A stretch of 20,000 nt of DNA, from sequence record SRR16203515_705. One strand, 5' to 3'. Below are positions 1 through 6,704 of this stretch, piece after piece. Position 1 is the first letter of the stretch, and every line of letters begins with the position of its first letter. Below the pieces are notes generated by a model. It ran no database searches. It had not been told where the DNA came from and worked only from the letters and a program-made list of their open reading frames with translations. The translations under genes were made by a program, and so were the position numbers.

Positions 1-86
1 GCGACTCTCGGGTCTTCCGCATGCCTTGGTGGAGCGATGGTTTTGAATTCGATGTCCATTTTAAGCCTGGTCGGGGCAGGCGCCAT
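1..86 (-). CDS. 5' end of an unidentified gene running off the window (MAPAPTRLKMDIEFKTIAPPRHAEDPRV...)
   Basis: Manual translation: open frame from ATG at 86 (or in-frame ATG at 59) to the window edge, divergent from the TauD-like gene across an AT-rich spacer. Too short to identify. Confidence 0.45.
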   Translation of the reverse strand, partial: MAPAPTRLKMDIEFKTIAPPRHAEDPRV

Positions 87-99
87 TCCCACAGGGGGT

Positions 100-356
100 G
101 ACCATTAGAAATTCTGATTTACCCAATAAGGGATAGGTTTTATTTTGCAATGCAGAAATTCTGCTTGGGGCCAAAATCCGTAAAACTATTATTTCTCTAT
201 ATAAACCAATAATTTAACTATTTTCTGCACCGTTCATATTTTTGACGGCTGCCTATAGATCAAAGGCGCGAGCCCCACAACTTCTGTTGAATCCGTCTTT
301 TGGGAGAGTTTTATAAATTGTCCCCCTCGTTACAATCTTTCCAACCAAAATCCTAA
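100..356. promoter_or_regulatory. AT-rich divergent promoter region
   Basis: AT-rich gap between divergent ORFs. Contains AGAAATTCTG twice (107-116, 154-163) and the inverted repeat GCAGAA-A-TTCTGC (152-164). Confidence 0.45.
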
Positions 357-1268
357 ATGTTTGCCCCTTTGAACTTAACTGCATATCAATCGACGTTTAC
401 ACCGCGCAACCCCGAAGAAAATGTCTTTGCAAATGAGCGTCACTGGGATCACTGGCTTTGCAAATATCGGGAATCATTAGAGACACTCGTCGTTGATATC
501 GAAACGCCCGCTCATCTCACAACTCAGGAACGCTCGGCCATTCAGGCTCGACTCAGTAGCGCCAATATGGTGGTTTACCGATGCGGGTCGTCAGAAGCCG
601 TAAATCGCAACCAGATCGCCCAACTCGCAGAACAGTTCGGCTTGCTTAACCCCACCCACAACCTCTTTGCAGCAGAAGATGGTCTTAGCGAAATCGAAGT
701 GAAAGCCGATGGACCTTCAAGCCAATACATCCCCTACACCAATCGCGCGCTCAACTGGCATACCGATGGCTACTATCGTAGTCACAAAAATCCTGTCCGG
801 GCAATGTTGCTTCATTGTGTGAGGCCGGCCCAGAACGGCGGATCGCTTGAAGCCATAGACTCGCGAGCACTGTACGGGCTTCTCAAACAAAAAGACCATC
901 GATTCACCGAAGCGCTTCGGATGCCTGATGTCATGTGGATTCCTGAGAACCAAGCACATGGCGCCAATCGCGAAGCCTCTTTAGGCCCTGTTTTCTTTTT
1001 TGAGAATAACTGTCTTCAGATGCGCTATACCGCTCGAAAACACAATGTCGTTTGGAAAAACACCGTTTTGATCTCGGAAGCAAAAGACGCGCTCGAAGAA
1101 TATCTTGAGGACCCCAGTATCCGTTTTAGATATCAACTTCAGGCCGGTGAGGGATTGTTAAGTGCGAATGTACCGCATCGAAGAGAACCTTTTTTTGATT
1201 CAGACGATCGCGCGGGGCGTTTGATATACCGCGGTCGCTATGCGCAACCGATTTCAACTGAGGCTTAA
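357..1268 (+). CDS. TauD/TfdA-family Fe(II)/2-oxoglutarate dioxygenase-like protein
   Basis: YTNRALNWHTDGYY (HxD), MLLHCVRPAQNGGS and distal NVPHRREPF (H-x-R) motifs match the TauD/clavaminate synthase fold. Start codon uncertain. Confidence 0.85.
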   Translation: MFAPLNLTAYQSTFTPRNPEENVFANERHWDHWLCKYRESLETLVVDIETPAHLTTQERSAIQARLSSANMVVYRCGSSEAVNRNQIAQLAEQFGLLNPTHNLFAAEDGLSEIEVKADGPSSQYIPYTNRALNWHTDGYYRSHKNPVRAMLLHCVRPAQNGGSLEAIDSRALYGLLKQKDHRFTEALRMPDVMWIPENQAHGANREASLGPVFFFENNCLQMRYTARKHNVVWKNTVLISEAKDALEEYLEDPSIRFRYQLQAGEGLLSANVPHRREPFFDSDDRAGRLIYRGRYAQPISTEA

Positions 1269-1274
1269 AAGGCT

Positions 1275-1469
1275 ATGGACAGCGTACTTTGGATCAGCGA
1301 GCTGATTCTGCAAAATCAACCCGCGACTTTCGCCGAACTTACCGATCTGGTTCGCGAACGTGCACGGGCAGGGGATCGGTTTTTACGGATGGACGTTAAA
1401 CCGCCTTATCCTGATACGCCCGACAACTGGGAATTCCGGCTCGAAGGCGCCTTCACCAGCCCCGTCTAG
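1275..1469 (+). CDS. Small conserved hypothetical protein of sulfur oxidisers (64 aa)
   Basis: 6 bp after the TauD-like stop. The FLRMDVKPPYPDTPDNWE motif is recalled from small proteins in dsr-associated clusters. Confidence 0.75.
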   Translation: MDSVLWISELILQNQPATFAELTDLVRERARAGDRFLRMDVKPPYPDTPDNWEFRLEGAFTSPV

Positions 1470-1495
1470 CACGAAACCGGATACCAGAATCTCAG

Positions 1496-2200
1496 ATGAA
1501 ATATCTTAACAACGAATTTGACCTCGGCGCCGAATCTGAGGAGGACGCGTCAACCTCTGTCGAGGCGCTTGAGGCCCAGCTTGGCGCGGTAAGAGAAAGA
1601 TTAAATGAGGCCCAGGCTCAAATTGACGCCCCGCAATGGCGCCAGCTCGCGTTACAGGAAGGCCGCCTTCTCGTCATGCTCGAAAAAGGCGATGAAGCGT
1701 GGTCGAGTGCCAAAATTTGCTTTGACCAATTTTGTAATGCAAAGCTCTGGGCAGACACTGTTGAAGCCGCACGAATAATGTTCCAGTCGGGGCACTCTGA
1801 TTCACTTATTGCACTCGGTCACGGCGTCTGGCTCGCAGTAACTTTCCCAGTCGATCCAGAGCTTTCAGTAGCACTCCTCCAAGATATCATCGACGAAACA
1901 CCTGATGACTCTGATGGCGCTGCCGTTGCGGCTGCTGTTGCTGCCTATATTGTTGATCTACGCGCAGAAGGAAAAGAGCACGAATCCTTGTCTTTTTTTA
2001 CCAACCAAATGTTGGGTGCAGTCGCCCGTCGACACAGCAGTATTGAAAATCAGGAAGCTTTTGATCAATGGATCTCTAGACTCGAATTAAACGACCCCAC
2101 TCGATTCCTACCGCGCCTCCGAAATGTTGTAGACGTATTAGTACAAGACAACTGGTGGATTGATCGAGAGGCAATCCAGGCCGCGTTGCCGATACAGTAA
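1496..2200 (+). CDS. Hypothetical acidic alpha-helical (TPR-like) protein
   Basis: 234-aa ORF tightly packed in the operon, Ala/Leu/Glu-rich helical pattern. GHGVWLAVTFPVDPEL and ETPDDSDGAAVAAA segments look like conserved motifs. Confidence 0.75.
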   Translation: MKYLNNEFDLGAESEEDASTSVEALEAQLGAVRERLNEAQAQIDAPQWRQLALQEGRLLVMLEKGDEAWSSAKICFDQFCNAKLWADTVEAARIMFQSGHSDSLIALGHGVWLAVTFPVDPELSVALLQDIIDETPDDSDGAAVAAAVAAYIVDLRAEGKEHESLSFFTNQMLGAVARRHSSIENQEAFDQWISRLELNDPTRFLPRLRNVVDVLVQDNWWIDREAIQAALPIQ

Positions 2201-2208
2201 GAATCACG

Positions 2209-2907
2209 ATGTCATCTGCCTACTGGACTGAATCTGAGCTTGAAAAAGCGAAACCGGTAAAACCCGTGGTGGTTGATGTCGTCTTTAAAATTCGAGGTCG
2301 GCAGGTAGCGGCTGATCATGCTTTTGCTTTATCGAAAGCGCTCACAAATGAACTCCCATGGCTTGGCACTGAACGAGAGGTCAGTATCCATCTGATCCAC
2401 GGTGCACAATCCGCTAATGGATGGTGCAAGCCTGATGATAGCGGCATTATCGAGCTTTCAGGTCGAACTCGCCTTATCATCCGAGTGCCGCACACTCGAC
2501 TTGAAGACGCAAAAGCCTTAATCGGCGCCAGTTTGAATCTTGACGAGCACAAGATTGAAATACTCGATGCAAAACCTCGACCACTTTCAGCCAATTCGAC
2601 CGTTTTTGCCCACCATGTTCGATCACCGGATGGCACAAATAGTGAACCGGCGTTTTTAGCTTCTGCAGCGCACTGGCTAGAAGATCTCGCCATTACGCCC
2701 AAAAAAATGCTCTGCGGGGGGATGCGTCATCTAAACATGAATGAATCGGTTATCTCGACCCGGAGTCTTTTAATTGCGGAACTTAACCCTACCGAATCCA
2801 TTGCCGTTCAGACGCACGGGCTGGGACCGGACCGATTATTGGGATGCGGCGTTTTTGTCCCCTCCAAGAGTATATCGGCCGTCCACCAACCGGAATCTGA
2901 CCATTAA
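2209..2907 (+). CDS. cas6: Orphan Cas6/Cmx6-like (type I-MYXAN-like) RAMP endoribonuclease homologue
   Basis: C-terminal glycine-rich loop GLGPDRLLGCGVF fits the Cas6 GhGxxxxxGhG signature. N-terminal DVVFKIRG...ADHAFALSKAL and LSGRTRLIIRVP resemble Cmx6. Confidence 0.85.
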   Translation: MSSAYWTESELEKAKPVKPVVVDVVFKIRGRQVAADHAFALSKALTNELPWLGTEREVSIHLIHGAQSANGWCKPDDSGIIELSGRTRLIIRVPHTRLEDAKALIGASLNLDEHKIEILDAKPRPLSANSTVFAHHVRSPDGTNSEPAFLASAAHWLEDLAITPKKMLCGGMRHLNMNESVISTRSLLIAELNPTESIAVQTHGLGPDRLLGCGVFVPSKSISAVHQPESDH

Positions 2908-2938
2908 CACTATAGATACGTTGAAATAGGAATTCATC

Positions 2939-3277
2939 ATGCCAATCGAAGTTGACGGAAAATCAGTTGCCACCAACGAAAACGGGTTTCTCGAAAACCC
3001 AGATGACTGGAGTCAATCAGTCGCTGAGGCGATGGCAGCCACAGAGGATCTCGCCCTGACACAAGAGCATTGGGATGTGATTCACTATCTACGAGAAGAG
3101 TATTTTTCAAACAACGGGAACCAGCCGAACAACCGAACGTTATTAAAAAAAATGGGGTCTCTTTGGGATCGGAAAGTGAGCAATAAAGAAATGTTCGATT
3201 TATTCCCTGGTAATCCGAGCAAGCAAGCTGGCCGTCTGTCCGGCCTACCCGAAAGTATGCGAAAAGGCGGCTATTAA
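2939..3277 (+). CDS. DsrC/TusE-family protein lacking all cysteines (RspA-type paralogue)
   Basis: NENGFLENPDDW, LTQEHWDVIHYLR and LFPGNPSKQAGRLSGLP are DsrC/TusE motifs. Ends RKGGY and contains no Cys. Confidence 0.9.
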   Translation: MPIEVDGKSVATNENGFLENPDDWSQSVAEAMAATEDLALTQEHWDVIHYLREEYFSNNGNQPNNRTLLKKMGSLWDRKVSNKEMFDLFPGNPSKQAGRLSGLPESMRKGGY

Positions 3278-3337
3278 CTGCCGCGGCTCGCGGACGACAG
3301 AAAGTACGAATTCATATTTTTTTTAAAGGAGAGTTTC

Positions 3338-3541
3338 ATGAGTGGAAAGAAAGAGCTGATCGAAAAAATGATCGCGATGCAAAAAGCGTTTATTGACCAA
3401 GAACAGAACGGAGGCATCAATCCAAAAGATTACTTCGCGCCAGAAGATGGCCACGCGTTAGACGGCTATCGAGAATCATATGAAAAACTTGCGACACAGG
3501 TCGTCGACTTAGCTCATGAGGAGAAGGGCTCAAAGCGCTGA
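3338..3541 (+). CDS. Small hypothetical protein (67 aa)
   Basis: Strong RBS (AAGGAGAG) before the ATG. Last gene of the + strand operon, convergent with the next gene. Confidence 0.8.
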   Translation: MSGKKELIEKMIAMQKAFIDQEQNGGINPKDYFAPEDGHALDGYRESYEKLATQVVDLAHEEKGSKR

Positions 3542-3549
3542 GCCTTAAT

Positions 3550-4596
3550 CTAAAGGGCAAGCGCTTCTATCGAACATCCCTCAAAAACACCATTCTGCGG
3601 CTCACCACTGGCTCGATGTCGCGCCAGGAGCCCGGTGGCCTGACGGCGCCAGTGATGACTTCCTTTGCGCACGATTTTTCGCAAGGGTTGAAAATCACCT
3701 CCATCAACCCAGCGCTGATAAGCGTTAAATAGCGACGGAAACAATTGCCGGCGAATGCCCGCCATGGTCGCAAAATAAAAGTGTAAAGGAGATTTTTCTT
3801 CCTGACTCAATAACGCCGGCAGCACCATCATGCAATCAGCAAGCAGGTCTCGAACCGCCCGAATCAAAATCTCTTGTGCTCGGTCGCTGGCCGCCATCAC
3901 CATCTGATTCCAGTCGTCTCCTAGACACTCTCCGCATATTTTTTCTCCCAATTCATGCAGAATCGCGAACTCGCTAAATTGCTCAGCCATCCGATCAAGG
4001 GCGGTCTCTGGATCCTGACCAAATCCATAACCCGCGAGTGTTCGGGCCATCGCATTTTTAGGTTTTTTCCATCGCCACTCCTCTATCATCTCCCATAAAA
4101 CCCGACGAAGCGCTTCTTGCCGAATCCATATCGTGGTGCCGCGCGTCATGGCAGGAGGCGCGATCAGTTCACGAACAACCTCTTCTCCAGTATAAAAAAG
4201 TTCGTACCCGTCTCCTTGCTCAAAAGTGGTGAGGCGACCAAGCGAAAACACCGGTTTATCGAATCGACCAATCCCTGCGCTGTACCCGTAACCTTGCGGT
4301 ACAAGCCAGCTGTTGATCTGCTCGATATCAAAAGCATCGACTTCACCCGTCGGCAACGGAATCTTGCGGTACGACTGACCTTCCAAGGTGTCCCAATATT
4401 GCTCGCGCGCCGATACCCACTCTCCTACCATTCCGGCATCCAGCTTCGCATCGTAAGGTAGATTCTGTTCCCACCTAAAGTACTCTCTCATGTGCATTAA
4501 ATAAACGCATAACGAATAATCACCTGCGTGTTCCGCGTCAGAGAGATCGCAGTTGTATTTGACTGACTCAATCAACAAATTAGGAAGTGACGACAT
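3550..4596 (-). CDS. Sfum_1244-family-like hypothetical protein
   Basis: NCDLSDAEHAGDYSLCVYLMHMREYFRWE N-terminus and ILHELGE motif recalled as typical of this family. Confidence 0.7.
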   Translation of the reverse strand: MSSLPNLLIESVKYNCDLSDAEHAGDYSLCVYLMHMREYFRWEQNLPYDAKLDAGMVGEWVSAREQYWDTLEGQSYRKIPLPTGEVDAFDIEQINSWLVPQGYGYSAGIGRFDKPVFSLGRLTTFEQGDGYELFYTGEEVVRELIAPPAMTRGTTIWIRQEALRRVLWEMIEEWRWKKPKNAMARTLAGYGFGQDPETALDRMAEQFSEFAILHELGEKICGECLGDDWNQMVMAASDRAQEILIRAVRDLLADCMMVLPALLSQEEKSPLHFYFATMAGIRRQLFPSLFNAYQRWVDGGDFQPLRKIVRKGSHHWRRQATGLLARHRASGEPQNGVFEGCSIEALAL

Positions 4597-4636
4597 CTGT
4601 AAACCTTAAGATAAAATGGTGGTGGGAAGCAATACT

Positions 4637-5230
4637 ATGGCGACAAGAATCCGCGACCGGTGGCGAAATACCGGACAACCTGTTCCGCTTGAGGAAAATG
4701 CAAAAGCGCTGGCTTACGTATGCTGGCAACTCGCATTAACGTCTGCCCGTAATCTTCATGCGGAGGATTACATCTATGATGATGACCAACAACGGGTTGG
4801 AGTCATTCGAGAGTATCTGATCTTCCTCGTACACGTCGCGGACCGGCTGGCTTTTGATCTTCTCGACGAAGGCGATCGGCCCGAGTTTGTCTCTGCACTC
4901 GCCTACAATTGCGGGTCGCAACTACAACGAAACGCCAGCGAAATCTTGGGTTCCAGGGATTATCGCGATGCGTTTATAGCCGCACTTAACGATCGCAGTT
5001 CTGATTACGGTCAATGCTCGTTTCAAAGCGGTTTACCGGGCTACAGTCTTCTGCGTGTTTTTGGGGATCGCGTAAAAGCGATAATGGGGGATGACCAAAC
5101 CAATCGATGGGTAATCGATCAAGTCATGGAGATTGACGGCCCGGATCTTGCTAAAAGACTTTCGAAGTCGTTTAGCAACTTGGTCAAAGGCTCATCGGTT
5201 GACGAGCCTCGCGATGGATTTTCACCCTAA
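4637..5230 (+). CDS. Conserved hypothetical protein
   Basis: Long ORF (track start 4616). ATG at 4637 (MATRIRDRW) is preceded by GGGAAG. Contains EYLIFLVHVADR and RWVIDQVMEIDGP segments. Confidence 0.7.
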   Translation: MATRIRDRWRNTGQPVPLEENAKALAYVCWQLALTSARNLHAEDYIYDDDQQRVGVIREYLIFLVHVADRLAFDLLDEGDRPEFVSALAYNCGSQLQRNASEILGSRDYRDAFIAALNDRSSDYGQCSFQSGLPGYSLLRVFGDRVKAIMGDDQTNRWVIDQVMEIDGPDLAKRLSKSFSNLVKGSSVDEPRDGFSP

Positions 5231-5238
5231 CGTCGAAA

Positions 5239-5436
5239 TTACGATTTTTTGAAATCCGATGCGCTGTCTGTGTTGTGATTCTGCCCGTCCTCGTAACCCG
5301 CTGAATAGGCCGGGGAAACACGCTGTTCCTCGCGTTCCGGATTACCCAGATAACCCCCTACCCAGCCCTGCACGTAGTCGGGATCAACACCCATTTTTTC
5401 CAGCGTATCGACGGTTTCATAGTAGACCGAGTCCAT
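5239..5436 (-). CDS. Alvin_2107-family-like small protein (sulfur-globule-oxidation associated), 65 aa
   Basis: MDSVYYETVDTLEKMGVDPDYVQGWVGGYLGNPEREEQRVSPAYSAGYEDG. GGAG RBS upstream of ATG 5436, so the true start is likely downstream of the track start at 5526. Family name from recall. Confidence 0.7.
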   Translation of the reverse strand: MDSVYYETVDTLEKMGVDPDYVQGWVGGYLGNPEREEQRVSPAYSAGYEDGQNHNTDSASDFKKS

Positions 5437-5591
5437 ATTAGTCTCCAGTAATCTTGAAAAAAAAATTTCTTCGATATTACCCTCACCCCAGCTGAACCGG
5501 GATATCCCCCTTGGGTGAGAAAGCACTATTTGCGGTATGGTCCTAAAAGCGCCCTAATTAAGAAAAATTGATAAATATTGAATTTAGATTC

Positions 5592-6704
5592 ATGGATCTC
5601 TCGCAAGAAGACAGCCTCAGACTCAACGTTTTGGTCAAAACCTCAGTCGCCATACGGATCGATGAAAATCAACTGGTTATTTTTGGTCTCGCCGACAGCA
5701 AAGAGCGCAGAATTGATCTCAAACCCTCGGGCAATGCAGGCCAATACCTGCGTCTCATTCGCGAACACCTTTCGAACCTCGTGCTCGGAACGCCCGGTGG
5801 CTACCCGGTGTTTATTCAACGCTGGACCCGAAGTGGCGCGCTTGGCGCTGAACGACTGAGCAAATTACTTTGCCTCGGTGAAACAGAGGCTGTTGTTGCT
5901 GTTGCCGCGTCACCGAACATTACTGACACGTTAGCAGGTCGAGCATGGTGGTGCCTCCCAACTGCAGAAGTGGCGCGTCTCATGTTGCGTCGAAGTCAAG
6001 TCATCAAAGGCCAAACCGGTCCCCCGCTCGCGCAGTTTTTGCTTGAATATCTCCCGTTCGAAATTGAAAGCACGGTCATCATTCAAACCGTGCAAATTCT
6101 GCTCGTCTCGGAACTGATTGATCAATCTGAAAAAGCCCGACTCTGGGCCAGAGGGCAAAAAAATGCCGCCTACCTTATCGGTTTCCTGAGCGCAGGCCCT
6201 GAATATATGATTCAAACTGATCATCAAAAATCCGTCGGAATAGCGGACCTGGCCAAACCGTCCAAAACTTTTGCCCAGCACATTGAACGCGCCCTCTCAC
6301 AAACAGGGAAACAATATCTTGAGGGTTGCACGCGCGCGCTGCGAACCGCAACCGATATGGACTCTGTCGTCGAAACGTTGGAAGCGTTGCATCGATTTCT
6401 CATGCCAATTGCAGACACCCCACAACTCCCTCGGACACCTCATTTGCTGCGTATTGCCGCTCGCGAGCGTTTTAATTGAGCCGCCTCTATATTTGATGAT
6501 GAAGAGTTCGCCTTTATCCTTAGTCGCTATTCTGAATCCGATATCAAAGCGATAATCTTACTCAGCCTTGTCGGTGAGCCCCTCGTGGCGCCCATATTTG
6601 CCATCACTGATGCGAGCGGTAGTCTGATGCGAAAAAAACTCGCCCCCGCGCTCGATCCTGCGTTTGAAGCAATCAAAGCGCTCGGCATCGCGGAGAATGA
6701 CTAG
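5592..6704 (+). pseudogene. dsrS: DsrS interrupted by one in-frame TGA at 6477-6479 (nonsense mutation, sequencing error or readthrough)
   Basis: MDLSQEDSLRLNVL, AIRIDE, VLGTPGGYPVFIQRWTR and LAGRAWW are DsrS motifs. The same frame continues 74 codons past the TGA through LSLVGEPLVAPIFAITDASGSLMRKKLAP to TAG at 6702-6704. Confidence 0.8.

Noticed and set aside
5437-5526. N-terminal extensions in the ORF track (also soxB 8450-8515, soxX 10822-10854, rng 18378-18401, aminotransferase 12555-12656)
   Set aside because: Better RBS-supported or overlap-supported starts lie downstream and match the family N-termini.
5568-5581. FNR-like box TTGAT-AAAT-ATTGA upstream of dsrS
   Set aside because: The second half-site matches ATCAA poorly and the region is AT-rich.
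6477-6530. Selenocysteine or genetic code 4 explanation for the dsrS TGA
   Set aside because: No convincing SECIS hairpin after the TGA, no redox-motif context, and other genes use TGA as stop and TGG for Trp. Not fully excluded.
6271-6555. 94-aa alternative-frame ORF as a frameshifted dsrS tail
   Set aside because: The DsrS-like C-terminus is in the original frame after the TGA, not in this frame.
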